A stretch of DNA of 56,182 nt from Flavobacteriaceae bacterium. Its GTDB lineage: Bacteria > Bacteroidota > Bacteroidia > Chitinophagales > UBA8649. The translations under genes and the position numbers were made by a program. The stretch is from positions 1 through 56,182 of the forward strand of contig JBLHMK010000003.1 in assembly GCA_047621945.1 (NCBI GenBank), read 5' to 3'. The notes under the pieces are model-generated. The model was not told the origin of the DNA and ran no database searches. It saw nothing but the letters and a program-made list of their open reading frames with translations. This document shows positions 38,257 to 48,244 of this stretch, one piece after another; the first letter of the stretch is position 1; every line of letters begins with the position of its first letter.

Positions 38257-38294
38257 TAAATGAATTATATTTACGACCAGAATAAAACAAGACT

Positions 38295-39305
38295 ATGAAG
38301 ATTATAATACCTATGGCCGGTTGGGGCTCAAGACTACGACCGCACACACTTACAATTCCTAAACCTATGGTGCCTATAGCAGGCAAACCTATTGTTCAAC
38401 GCTTAGTGGAAGGCTTAGTTGATTCAGTAGATGGATCAATTGACGAGATTAATTTCATTATCAGAAAAGAATTTGGAAAAGCTACAGAAGATAAATTGAG
38501 GGAAGTGGCTAAGGAGTTAAATACTAAATGTATAATTTCTTACCAAGAAAGCCCAGAGGGAACAGCGCATGCAATCTACTGCGCTAAAGAAAGCCTAGAG
38601 GGCAATGTGATTGTTGCTTTTGCTGACACCTTATTCCGTACAGATTTTAAAATTGACGCATCTAAAGATGGTGTAATTTGGGTAAGCAGAGTGGAAGACC
38701 CAAAAGCATTTGGGGTGGTTAAGTTAAATGCGGATAAGGTGATTACTGATTTTATTGAGAAACCACAAGAATTCGTTTCAGACCTAGCCATTATTGGAAT
38801 ATACTATTTCAAAGACGGAGCAGCTTTACAAAGTGAAATCAAACACTTGCTAGATAATGACATTAGAGAAAAGGGAGAATTTCAACTCACTAATGCTTTA
38901 GAAAACTTGAAACAAAAGGGTGCTAAGTTTGTCCCAGGCGAAGTCAAAGAATGGCTAGATTGTGGAAACAAAGCAGCATGCGTTTATACAAATGAGCGGG
39001 TTTTGGAAAATATTGATACCAAAGAAAAATTAGTATTCTCTAAGAATTTTCAACAAACTCTAATTATCGAACCTTGTTATATTGGGGAAAATGTTGTGTT
39101 GGAAAATGCAATCATAGGTCCGCATGTTTCTATTGGAGCAGGGTCTGTAATTAAAAATAGTATTGTTAAAAATTCTATAATACAAACCGAAACTAGTATA
39201 AATGGCGTTATATTAGACAAAGCGATGATCGGCAATAAAGTTGATCTAAGTTTAAAAGCTAGAGACTATAGTCTAGGGGATTATACAACAGTTAGAGATG
39301 AATAG
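38295..39305 (+). CDS. Sugar-phosphate nucleotidyltransferase with C-terminal left-handed beta-helix
   Basis: PMAGWGSRLRPHT...PKP, EKP and WLDCG motifs; hexapeptide repeats. Confidence 0.88.
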   Translation: MKIIIPMAGWGSRLRPHTLTIPKPMVPIAGKPIVQRLVEGLVDSVDGSIDEINFIIRKEFGKATEDKLREVAKELNTKCIISYQESPEGTAHAIYCAKESLEGNVIVAFADTLFRTDFKIDASKDGVIWVSRVEDPKAFGVVKLNADKVITDFIEKPQEFVSDLAIIGIYYFKDGAALQSEIKHLLDNDIREKGEFQLTNALENLKQKGAKFVPGEVKEWLDCGNKAACVYTNERVLENIDTKEKLVFSKNFQQTLIIEPCYIGENVVLENAIIGPHVSIGAGSVIKNSIVKNSIIQTETSINGVILDKAMIGNKVDLSLKARDYSLGDYTTVRDE

Positions 39306-41043
39306 AATTAAATATTTTTTATTGGTGTTTTGCGTTTTGCAATTTACTTTGGGTCATGCTCAAAAGAGAGGCAAAAAAAGCAAGGATGAAAAAAATAAAG
39401 TAGTAGTTGAGGTAAGTAATGCAAGCAAAATTAAAGCAGAACGCTTATTTTTTGATGGCCAAAGAGCTAAGCTGATTGGTGATTTAGAGGGAGCATACGA
39501 AAACTTTAATGATGCGGTTAAATTGCACCCTCAGCTTGATGCTGCGTATTATGAGTTGGCTCAATTACAACAATTGGGGGATGACTTTGTAAGTGCTCAG
39601 AAGAACATGGATAAAGCATTAGCCATCTCTCCAAGTAATGTTTGGTACCAGCGCTATCAAGGAGATCTTTTAGCTTTACAATTCAAGTATGATGAAGCAG
39701 CTGAGATTTATAATAATTTAAAAAGCGAGCACCCTAAAGAATACGATTATTATTTTCAAGAAGCTTATTATTTAATATTGACCGACCAATTGAAAGAGGC
39801 GATTGAAGTCTATGATGAAATTGAAGAAGCCATTGGTGTGCAAGGCGATGCTTCCTTACAAAAGCATAAGATATATTCTCGATTAAATAAACCCGATGAT
39901 GCAGTAAAGGAGTTAAATAAATTAATTGAAGCTTACCCAGACGATTTACAATATAGAAACGAACTTGCGGATTTCTATTTGATCAATGGACAAACTGAAA
40001 AGGCAGTAAATACTTTTGAAGAAATCTTAGAAGTAGACCCTAATAATGTATATGCGTTGACTTCATTGGCAGACTATTACAAAACTACTGGTGAGAGTGC
40101 AAAAGCACTAGAATATTCTGAACGAGCATTTGCTAATCCAGAAATCCCTATTGATGCAAAGATCTCTGTTTTGTATAATTATATCAAGTATTATAATGAA
40201 CGTAAAGATCAAATGGACGAGGCCTTTGGTTTGGCGGATATTTTAATTGGAGCGCACCCTAAGGAAGCAAAAGCTTACGCGATTGCTGGAGATCTAAGAA
40301 ACTTGGCTAGTCAACCAGAAGAAGCACTCGTTTATTATTACCAATCATTAGAGCAGCAAAAAGATATATTTACCGTTTGGCAACAAATATTCTTTATTAA
40401 TAGTGATTTACAAGAATATGGCGAGCTTGTTAAATATACGAATCTAGCCAAAGAGTACTTTCCCAATCAGGCCTTAGTTTACTTTTTCAATGGACTAGGA
40501 TTTCAACAGTTAAATGAATTTGCGGATGCTGAGAAGTCGTATTCTCGAGGAGTAAAAATGGCTGGTGATAATGCAGAGTTAAAAGCTCAGTTTTACTCAA
40601 ATTTAGGCAACACCTATAATGATTTGAAGAAATATGCTGAAAGCGATGAGAGTTTCGACAAGGCCTTAGAGCTTAATCCTAGAAATGCTTTTGTTCTAAA
40701 TAACTATAGTTATTATCTTTCATTGCGAGGAGAAAATTTAAAAAAAGCTGAAGAAATGAGTTTGCTTTCTAACGAAATTCAACCAAACAGCAGTTCATTT
40801 TTAGATACCTATGCTTGGGTTTTGTATAAGTCAGAAAAATATGTGGAAGCTAAGGAATGGCAGATAAAAGCGATTGAGGCATCTGATTCGCCGAGTGCTA
40901 CTTTGTTAGAACATTTAGGTGATATCCTTTATAAACTAGGTGATAAGAAAGCTGCCATAAGTAAATGGGAAGAAGCGGCCGAATTGAAAGGCGGAAGTGA
41001 TAAATTGATAAAGAAAATAGATGGTCAAACGCTCTATGAGTAA
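39298..41043 (+). CDS. Secreted tetratricopeptide-repeat protein
   Basis: Signal peptide; many TPRs; VLNNYSYYLS, FLDTYAWVLY and EHLGDIL. Confidence 0.88.
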   Translation: MNRIKYFLLVFCVLQFTLGHAQKRGKKSKDEKNKVVVEVSNASKIKAERLFFDGQRAKLIGDLEGAYENFNDAVKLHPQLDAAYYELAQLQQLGDDFVSAQKNMDKALAISPSNVWYQRYQGDLLALQFKYDEAAEIYNNLKSEHPKEYDYYFQEAYYLILTDQLKEAIEVYDEIEEAIGVQGDASLQKHKIYSRLNKPDDAVKELNKLIEAYPDDLQYRNELADFYLINGQTEKAVNTFEEILEVDPNNVYALTSLADYYKTTGESAKALEYSERAFANPEIPIDAKISVLYNYIKYYNERKDQMDEAFGLADILIGAHPKEAKAYAIAGDLRNLASQPEEALVYYYQSLEQQKDIFTVWQQIFFINSDLQEYGELVKYTNLAKEYFPNQALVYFFNGLGFQQLNEFADAEKSYSRGVKMAGDNAELKAQFYSNLGNTYNDLKKYAESDESFDKALELNPRNAFVLNNYSYYLSLRGENLKKAEEMSLLSNEIQPNSSSFLDTYAWVLYKSEKYVEAKEWQIKAIEASDSPSATLLEHLGDILYKLGDKKAAISKWEEAAELKGGSDKLIKKIDGQTLYE

Positions 41044-41782
41044 ATATATCCCCCTTTTATTTCTGATCTTCATATTTGCCTGTAAAGGCACGAAGGAGAT
41101 AAGTAGCTCAAGTGCAAATAAATTGAGTTCAAAACAATTGCATAAGCAAATGCAAGCTGCTGATTTTGATTTTGATTATTTGCAAGCTAAAGCCCGAATT
41201 AAATTTGATGATGGAGCCATTAATCAAAGTTTTACAGCCAACATTAGAATACAGAATAATGAAACGATCTGGATGTCACTAACGGGACCTTTTGGTATTG
41301 AAGGAGCACGAATTTTACTTTCCAAGAATCGAGTTCAAATCATAGATCGCCTTAACGGTAAATATTATGATGAGAAGTTTGGGTTTATCGATAATTACCT
41401 ACCTTTTCAAACCAACTTAGGCTTTATTCAAAATTTAATTGTTGGTAATGTATTTCAAGAAGAAATAAGTAAACAGAAGCATGAATTAATGGAGGATAAT
41501 TACCTCATTGAGGATGAATTTAAAGGCATCCAAGCAAAATATACGGTTTCACCTAGTTTCAAGTATCGGAAAGTGGAAATGAGCGAAGTGCTAAATGAAA
41601 GAAATATAGAGCTCGATTTTAATGACTATCGATTTATTGAAGAGAAGCTATTTGCTATGCTAAGGAATATCCATTTTTCAGAAAATGGGAAGGATGTTTT
41701 TGTAGAAATGAATTTCACGAAATTGAAAAAGGAAAGCACGCTTGATTTCCCCTTTAATGTGCCTGACAGAATGAAAAACTAA
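41036..41782 (+). CDS. DUF4292-domain lipoprotein (possibly LolB-like)
   Basis: Lipobox IFAC; IWMS...GIEGARI; C-terminal FPFNVP; lies between TPR and M23 genes. Confidence 0.8.
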   Translation: MSKYIPLLFLIFIFACKGTKEISSSSANKLSSKQLHKQMQAADFDFDYLQAKARIKFDDGAINQSFTANIRIQNNETIWMSLTGPFGIEGARILLSKNRVQIIDRLNGKYYDEKFGFIDNYLPFQTNLGFIQNLIVGNVFQEEISKQKHELMEDNYLIEDEFKGIQAKYTVSPSFKYRKVEMSEVLNERNIELDFNDYRFIEEKLFAMLRNIHFSENGKDVFVEMNFTKLKKESTLDFPFNVPDRMKN

Positions 41783-41788
41783 TCGTAG

Positions 41789-43042
41789 ATGACTAGCTTA
41801 TTCAACATAAAGAAAGTTTTTGGGAAAACATTAATGCTGTTTATCCTAGCTTTGGGTCTAGTGACTGTTTCTTTCTCGCAATCGAATAAAAAAGCGGAGC
41901 TTCAAAATAAGTATAAGAAGTTACAGGAAGATATCAAGAAGATTGAATCTCTTATCGCAAATACGCAATCGGAAAAATCAAATTCTCTTGAACAGCTTAA
42001 GTCGATTAATTCGAAAATTAATACTAGACAAAGTCTAATCAATAATATTAATGCCCAAGTTATTTTCATTCAAAAGAACATTGATGATAAACAAGAAGTA
42101 ATCGTCGCATTGGATAAGGATATAGGTCGATTGAAAGATGACTATGCAGATATGGTGGTTAATGCCTATCGAAACAAACACAGTTCAAATGCCTTGAGTT
42201 TTCTTTTCTCTTCAGATAATTTTAATCAAGCACTTCAACGATTTTCTTACATGCGCAGTTATGCCACAACTCGGGCAAATCAGTCTGCATTGATAGCTAA
42301 AACTATTGAGGATTTAAATGCTAAAATCCAAAAATTGGAAGAGGAAAAAGTAGCTAAAGAAGCTTTCTTAAACGAGGAGAAAAAGCAGCGTTTTGTTCTT
42401 CAAGAAGAAAAATTATTGAAGAGTGATTTGATTAACAGATTACAAGGGGATGAAGAGAATCTTAAGAAGCAAATCAATGAAAAGAATAAGGCTGCACAAG
42501 CCTTGAACAATCAGATCCAAAAGATTATTGAGGAAGAGATTAAGTTGGCAAAAGAAAAAGCCGCCAAAACAGCAGCAGCAAAGGGTGAAGCGCCAGTTCA
42601 AGGATTAGCACTTACGCCAGATGAAAAACAACTTTCGAAAGATTTTATCTATAATATGGGTAAGCTCCCATGGCCGGTTAGCAAAGGATTTATTGTAAGT
42701 AAGTTTGGAAAACATGAGCATGAAAGCTTAAAGCAGGTCTACACCAATAATAACGGAGTGGATATTAAAACAGAAGAGGGTGCAGATGTAAGAGTCGTGT
42801 TCAATGGAACGGTGGTGAATTCATTCTATTTGCCATCAACGCAGAATTCGGTCATTGTAAAACATGGTGAGTACTATTCTGTTTATTCGAACTTAAAAAC
42901 AGTTGCGGTGAGTGCTGGACAAAAGTTGAGCACAAAGGAAAGCATTGGAGTAGCATATACTGAAAACAAGCAAACAAAAGTGCATTTAGAGATTTGGAAG
43001 GGGATGGAAAAAACAAATCCTGAGCTCTGGTTGGCTAGGTAA
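41789..43042 (+). CDS. Murein hydrolase activator EnvC-family protein (coiled coil plus degenerate M23)
   Basis: Long coiled coil; GKLPWPV; NNGVDI and YSNL lack the conserved His residues; HLEIW. Confidence 0.85.
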   Translation: MTSLFNIKKVFGKTLMLFILALGLVTVSFSQSNKKAELQNKYKKLQEDIKKIESLIANTQSEKSNSLEQLKSINSKINTRQSLINNINAQVIFIQKNIDDKQEVIVALDKDIGRLKDDYADMVVNAYRNKHSSNALSFLFSSDNFNQALQRFSYMRSYATTRANQSALIAKTIEDLNAKIQKLEEEKVAKEAFLNEEKKQRFVLQEEKLLKSDLINRLQGDEENLKKQINEKNKAAQALNNQIQKIIEEEIKLAKEKAAKTAAAKGEAPVQGLALTPDEKQLSKDFIYNMGKLPWPVSKGFIVSKFGKHEHESLKQVYTNNNGVDIKTEEGADVRVVFNGTVVNSFYLPSTQNSVIVKHGEYYSVYSNLKTVAVSAGQKLSTKESIGVAYTENKQTKVHLEIWKGMEKTNPELWLAR

Positions 43043-43091
43043 TGGCCATTAACAAAATGCTTTAATATTACCTTTTCTAAGTAAATCCTTG

Positions 43092-43099
43092 TAATTTTG
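43092..43099 (+). promoter_or_regulatory. -7 element TAATTTTG for tatA-gatA
   Basis: Exact match 21 nt before ATG 43121. Confidence 0.55.
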
Positions 43100-43120
43100 T
43101 ACGCTAAAATCATTTCAATT

Positions 43121-43363
43121 ATGAATACTATGTTATTGTGGACACCAGGTGTAGGAGAAATAGTGGTTATAGCACTTGTCGTGTTATTGTTGTTTGGTGG
43201 TAAGAAAATTCCAGAATTAATGAAAGGCTTAGGTAGTGGAGTTAGAGAGTTTAACTCAGCTAAAAACACTATCAAAAGTGAGATTGAAGAAGGCATGAAA
43301 GAACCGAAGACTGAGGCTAAAACTGAAACTAAAGAAACTAAAGAAGCTAAAGAAGCTGAATAA
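43121..43363 (+). CDS. tatA: Twin-arginine translocase subunit TatA/E
   Basis: [32 protein letters not shown]. Confidence 0.93.
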   Translation: MNTMLLWTPGVGEIVVIALVVLLLFGGKKIPELMKGLGSGVREFNSAKNTIKSEIEEGMKEPKTEAKTETKETKEAKEAE

Positions 43364-43373
43364 GGAATTACGA

Positions 43374-44783
43374 ATGAAAAATTATTCTTCTCTGGCTGTC
43401 TTACAAGCCGACCTTGATAAAAGCCTTACTTCTTGTACTGCGCTTGTTCAAAATTATTTACAACAAATAGAAAGTAAAAAGGACCTAAATGCCTTTTTGG
43501 AAGTCTTTGGTGATGAAGCGCTAGAACGAGCTGCGGAATTAGACAAAAAAGAGGGTTCAAAAGGAAAGTTGTTTGGTTTAGTAATAGCAATCAAAGACAA
43601 TATTTGTTTTGCTAATCATAAAGTAAGCGCCTCATCGCTTATGTTGGAAAACTTTGAATCTTTGTATTCATCCACAGCAGTTGAACGTTTGATAGCTGAA
43701 GACGCTATTGTCATTGGACGATTGAACTGTGATGAGTTTGCTATGGGTGGATCTAATGAAAATTCTGCTTTTGGTCCAGTTTTAAATGAAGCTGACAAAA
43801 CAAGAGTATCTGGTGGTTCATCAGGAGGAAGTGCAGTAGCTGTGCAAGCGCAATTATGTCATGCTAGTTTGGGCTCCGATACTGGAGGATCTATTCGTCA
43901 ACCTGCGGCCTTTTGCGGAGTTGTTGGATTGAAACCTACCTATGGCCGTGTTTCCCGCCATGGATTGATTGCATTTGGTTCTTCATTCGATCAGATCGGT
44001 CCGTTGACGCGAAGTGTTGATGATGCCCAGTTAATATTAGAAGTTATTAATGGTCAGGATAATTATGATGCTACGGCTATTCAAAACCGAGTAGAGCATT
44101 ATGAATTTGATCAAAAAAGGAAATATAAAATTGCTTATTTCAAAGAAGTGATTGAAAGTCCTGGCTTAAATCCAGAGATTAAAGAATCGTTCTTGAATCT
44201 GATAGCACGCCTTAAAGATTTGGGCCATCAAGTTGAGGCAAAGCCTTTTCCTTTATTAGATTATGTTGTGCCTACTTACTATGTTTTAACTACTGCAGAG
44301 GCCTCTTCTAACTTATCGAGGTATGATGGCGTGCATTACGGACATCGTTCAATCGAGGCTGCTAATATGGACGAGGTTTATAAGAAATCTAGGACAGAGG
44401 GATTTGGAAAGGAAGTCAAAAATAGAATTATGCTCGGCACCTTCGTGTTAAGCTCAGGATATTATGATGCTTACTATTCTAAAGCACAAAAAGTAAGAAG
44501 GTTGTTAAGTGAATCAGTAAGTGAGATATACAAAGAAAGTGATTTCATTTTGTCACCAACAACACCTTCTCCTGCGTTTAAATTAGGTGCGAAAACTGCA
44601 GACCCAGTTGAAATGTATTTAGAAGATATCTATACAGTATTGGCAAACTTAGTAGGTGCCCCGGCAATATCATTGCCTTTGTATCAAACAAAGGGAGGAT
44701 TACCTATAGGCATGCAGTTTATGGCTCACAACCAAGAAGAAGGAGCTTTGTTTGCTCTCGGTAAAGCGTTGATGGGCGAGTAG
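43374..44783 (+). CDS. gatA: Asp/Glu-tRNA amidotransferase subunit A
   Basis: IKDN, DEFAMG, GGSSGGS, GSDTGGSIRQPA and SNLSRYDG motifs. Confidence 0.95.
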   Translation: MKNYSSLAVLQADLDKSLTSCTALVQNYLQQIESKKDLNAFLEVFGDEALERAAELDKKEGSKGKLFGLVIAIKDNICFANHKVSASSLMLENFESLYSSTAVERLIAEDAIVIGRLNCDEFAMGGSNENSAFGPVLNEADKTRVSGGSSGGSAVAVQAQLCHASLGSDTGGSIRQPAAFCGVVGLKPTYGRVSRHGLIAFGSSFDQIGPLTRSVDDAQLILEVINGQDNYDATAIQNRVEHYEFDQKRKYKIAYFKEVIESPGLNPEIKESFLNLIARLKDLGHQVEAKPFPLLDYVVPTYYVLTTAEASSNLSRYDGVHYGHRSIEAANMDEVYKKSRTEGFGKEVKNRIMLGTFVLSSGYYDAYYSKAQKVRRLLSESVSEIYKESDFILSPTTPSPAFKLGAKTADPVEMYLEDIYTVLANLVGAPAISLPLYQTKGGLPIGMQFMAHNQEEGALFALGKALMGE

Positions 44784-44865
44784 TGTCAATTTCCTGTCAA
44801 AAGAATGTTTCGATATACTTTTTACACCTTTAAGATTGTTTAGGATAAGAACCCAAAAAATTGAA

Positions 44866-45936
44866 ATGATGAAATATGCTAGCTTTTTACTAATTGCTGT
44901 TGCACTTTTATTTAGTTCGTGCAAAAACGAGGACGGAACTACAAGTTCGAGTCCTTTTAGTAGTGTTCTTCCATCTTCCACTGGTGCCGCAGATGAAATT
45001 ATGTTCATTTTGCCGGACAACTTAAATACCAGCGCTACAAAAAACGCAATCAATCAGGAGTTTAATAAAATATATCGTGTTTTACCCCAAGAAGAAACTA
45101 TTTTCAATATTAGTAAAGTAGATTATAGCATTGTGAATAGCTTGATGTATCGATTCAGGAATATTGTATTGATTGCAAACACTGATCAAGAAACGCCTAT
45201 TCTAGCAATGGCCAAAGATATTTTATCTGAAAAGCAATTTGAAGATTTAAAAAACGGCAAACAGCAAACCTTCATCTTGAAAAATATTTGGAGCAAGCCA
45301 CAGAATGTCATCTTTATTTTTGGAACAGATGTAGCTGATTTGCAAGCTAATCTTGCGGCAAGTTCACCTGGAATTATTAAGCACGTTACACAAACAGATT
45401 TAGAAGTCTATAAAAAGATTGCCTACATCAATGGGGTTAATGGAAAGTTGAATGAACAGTGGTTGGAATACTACAATTTAACTTTAGATATTCCATCTGA
45501 ATATAAGATTGCGGAGAATGAAGGGAGTTTTGTTTCCCTAAGAAAGGATATTCCCAAAGGAATGATTTTTATCTATTTTGATGTAATCAATTATAGCGGT
45601 GCAGTGCCTGATGCAAATTACGGAATCACCTTACGTAATGAAAGAGGGAAATATGTGAGTAGCAGTGCTCCAGACAGCTATATGTCAACGGATAGTACTT
45701 TAGGATTCATTACCACAAAAGCAGTGAAGGATAATGTGATTAAGTATGAAACTAGTGGGCTCTGGCGAATGGAGAATGACTTTATGGGCGGTCCATTCAT
45801 CAATCAATATATTATTGATGAAGCAAACAATCGCGTTATTATGTTAGACGGATTTATTTTTGCTCCTGGGGAAAATAAAAAGAAGAGATACATGCGCCAA
45901 CTAGAAGGTATCTTCAGTACGCTTAATTTCAACTAA
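44866..45936 (+). CDS. DUF4837-family lipoprotein
   Basis: Lipobox LFSSC; LPQEE, WSKPQ, GLWRME..FMGGPF and FIFAP...KRYMRQLE motifs. Confidence 0.8.
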   Translation: MMKYASFLLIAVALLFSSCKNEDGTTSSSPFSSVLPSSTGAADEIMFILPDNLNTSATKNAINQEFNKIYRVLPQEETIFNISKVDYSIVNSLMYRFRNIVLIANTDQETPILAMAKDILSEKQFEDLKNGKQQTFILKNIWSKPQNVIFIFGTDVADLQANLAASSPGIIKHVTQTDLEVYKKIAYINGVNGKLNEQWLEYYNLTLDIPSEYKIAENEGSFVSLRKDIPKGMIFIYFDVINYSGAVPDANYGITLRNERGKYVSSSAPDSYMSTDSTLGFITTKAVKDNVIKYETSGLWRMENDFMGGPFINQYIIDEANNRVIMLDGFIFAPGENKKKRYMRQLEGIFSTLNFN

Positions 45937-46952
45937 TCAAACTGCAAATCTTTAAAGTTTAAGAGAGTTCTTGCACGCAAACTATCTTGTTCATCATAGA
46001 TTTGTAATTCTAATTGATTGGCTTCCCAGTCTATTTGTATAATTCCAAAATTGGATTGAGGAATGACCTCTCCTATACGATTACTATTGGGTTCTGTCTT
46101 GTGCCAAGTTTGGGTCAGTCCACTTGAAGTTACGTCATAAATAGGGTAGGTGTAAGAATTCTCAAGTTTAGAAATTTCACCCCAATGTACATCACCGGAA
46201 ATACATATTACGCCATTAGCTTGGGAGCCTTGTATTAGTTGTAATAGGCGTTCTTGTTCTAAAGGGAAGTTTGTCCAACTTTCATATCCATTGTATTCAT
46301 GAGCGAACTGATTACTACTCGCTATGATACGAATACTTGCGGGCTTCTTTAATTCTTCTTCAAGCCAAAGCCATTGTTGCTCACCTAGTATCGTAGCCAT
46401 TTTACTAAAATTGGGTCGATAACTATTCTTATACTTAATGAAGCGTAAATAGCTATATTTTAATCGGGTTCTAAAGCTTCGGGTGTCGAGTAGAATTACT
46501 TGAACAATTTCATCGCCACTTCCGTAGTATTCGCTATGATAAATGCCATCGTGAGCGTAGCGACTAGAATTGCCAGGCTCCTTCCAAAAGTCAAGAAAAA
46601 GGGCTTTCGATTCTTTCTTCATTTCGTATTTTTTACCAGCATCATTCTTCCCATAATCATGATCATCCCAAGTGGCTAGTACTTCACATTCTTGTCGTAA
46701 AGCTTGGTGTTCTGCTTTGCCACCAAGAATATCATACTTTGAACGAAGAACATCCATATCGTGGGTGTCGCCGTAAATATTATCTCCTAGATAAATAAAC
46801 AGATCGGGGTGTTTACCAACTACTTTATATAAGATGGACTGATCTTTGTTTTGATCAGAACAAGAACCAAATGCAATGGTTTGAATCGTTTTTGAGTTTT
46901 GAGCGGCAAGGCTTAAGGGTAGTATAATTAGAAGTAGTCGGAATAATTTCAT
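45933..46952 (-). CDS. phoD: Alkaline phosphatase D family protein
   Basis: AFGSC, GDNIYGD, WDDHDYG.ND, LLDTR and SGDVH motifs. Confidence 0.88.
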   Translation of the reverse strand: MKLFRLLLIILPLSLAAQNSKTIQTIAFGSCSDQNKDQSILYKVVGKHPDLFIYLGDNIYGDTHDMDVLRSKYDILGGKAEHQALRQECEVLATWDDHDYGKNDAGKKYEMKKESKALFLDFWKEPGNSSRYAHDGIYHSEYYGSGDEIVQVILLDTRSFRTRLKYSYLRFIKYKNSYRPNFSKMATILGEQQWLWLEEELKKPASIRIIASSNQFAHEYNGYESWTNFPLEQERLLQLIQGSQANGVICISGDVHWGEISKLENSYTYPIYDVTSSGLTQTWHKTEPNSNRIGEVIPQSNFGIIQIDWEANQLELQIYDEQDSLRARTLLNFKDLQFD

Positions 46953-47075
46953 AGGCACTTAATATAGTTAGCTTAAATTCTAAAAGTAAATATAGTGGTC
47001 GATTATTGAAAGAAATAATTATTTAAGCTTGATTTGATGCTCTGTTTATCAGGAAAGTTTCAGCTGGCTTGAGGT

Positions 47076-47118
47076 TAAATAAAAAAGGGTGAATCGAAGA
47101 TTCACCCTTTTTTATTTA
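47076..47118. terminator. Rho-independent terminator (bidirectional form), ending the PorP/SprF transcript
   Basis: Perfect 20-bp inverted repeat TAAATAAAAAAGGGTGAATC-gaa-GATTCACCCTTTTTTATTTA. Confidence 0.9.
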
Positions 47119-47133
47119 TGATTGTTTAGTTTT

Positions 47134-48192
47134 TTAGAATGTAGGACAGAAACGCTCGTAATGTATTCTACCAGGTTCTTCTTGCTTGTGAATATAAACA
47201 ACACTAATTTCTAAAGCTCCAACTGATTTACTTGCACCTCTAAAACCTGAAGTATTAAAGTCATAACTAATTCCAACACGCGTATTTGAAACTTCACCTC
47301 CAATGGTTACGATGGCCGCATCGTTGTTGAAGCCATCAATGCCTCCAACAACTCTTGTCCATGCACCTGCAAATCCTTTGAAATTATCTGAAAATGCATA
47401 TTCAAACCCAGAACCTAAATTGATTTGTTGAGCCTGTGTTTGAAGCATGTATAAGAAGGTTGGTAAGATTTTGAAGTACTTTCCCGTTTTAATTGCTAAA
47501 CCACCATGAGCCGTATAGCGCATATCTAATTCGTTTTTCTCAGTTTGTTGATCAAGAAAGTTTTCACCCGGAGTAGTTAAGTGATTAGCTGCAAACCCGA
47601 AGTAGTAACTTACGTTATCAGAAGCCATTGATGAAAACATCGCTCCAGCATTTAAATCAAAATAACCGAAATTCCCTTGGTTGAAATTATCTTCACCATC
47701 ATCTAGGAAAGGATTAAATGTATTGATTGATCCATCGAATTGTTGTTCAAATAACAAGTCATAGCGAAAGATTCTTTTTTGAACATATCCTGCTTGGAAC
47801 CCTAAAGAAATTCTACTTCTTCCAAATCTATCTACTGCTTGGTGGTAGGCTATAGACCCCATAACAGCATAAGTAGCTAGAGAACCATTTCCAGCCTCAT
47901 CAGCATAAAACATTGCCCCAACTCCTAATCCATTTGCTTTTAATTTTCTTCTCAACAAAGAAGCATCGAAAGACCCTTGGTAGGTGTTGTAAGGAGAAAC
48001 AGAATTCGAAGTTGGAATGGTAAACCATTGCCCCCTATAATTAGCTGCAACTCTAAAATCGCCATTTATCAAACCCGTCATTGCTGGATTTAAAGTCAGT
48101 GGAGATGCATAATATTGTGAAAAATGAATGTCCTGCGCGGAAACGCCAATGACAAACAAGAGGGAAATTAATAATAGGGATAGTCTCTTCAT
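47134..48192 (-). CDS. PorP/SprF family type IX secretion system membrane protein
   Basis: QDIHFSQYYASPLTLNPAMTG, NYRGQW and GISYD...GALEIS motifs. Confidence 0.9.
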   Translation of the reverse strand: MKRLSLLLISLLFVIGVSAQDIHFSQYYASPLTLNPAMTGLINGDFRVAANYRGQWFTIPTSNSVSPYNTYQGSFDASLLRRKLKANGLGVGAMFYADEAGNGSLATYAVMGSIAYHQAVDRFGRSRISLGFQAGYVQKRIFRYDLLFEQQFDGSINTFNPFLDDGEDNFNQGNFGYFDLNAGAMFSSMASDNVSYYFGFAANHLTTPGENFLDQQTEKNELDMRYTAHGGLAIKTGKYFKILPTFLYMLQTQAQQINLGSGFEYAFSDNFKGFAGAWTRVVGGIDGFNNDAAIVTIGGEVSNTRVGISYDFNTSGFRGASKSVGALEISVVYIHKQEEPGRIHYERFCPTF

Positions 48193-48244
48193 GTTTAGAC
48201 TTTTTACTTTAGTACTTAAGACACTAATTTAAACAAATTTCTAG

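Noticed and set aside
42650-43042. Degenerate M23 active site as a novelty
   Set aside because: Loss of Zn ligands is the established property of EnvC-type activators.
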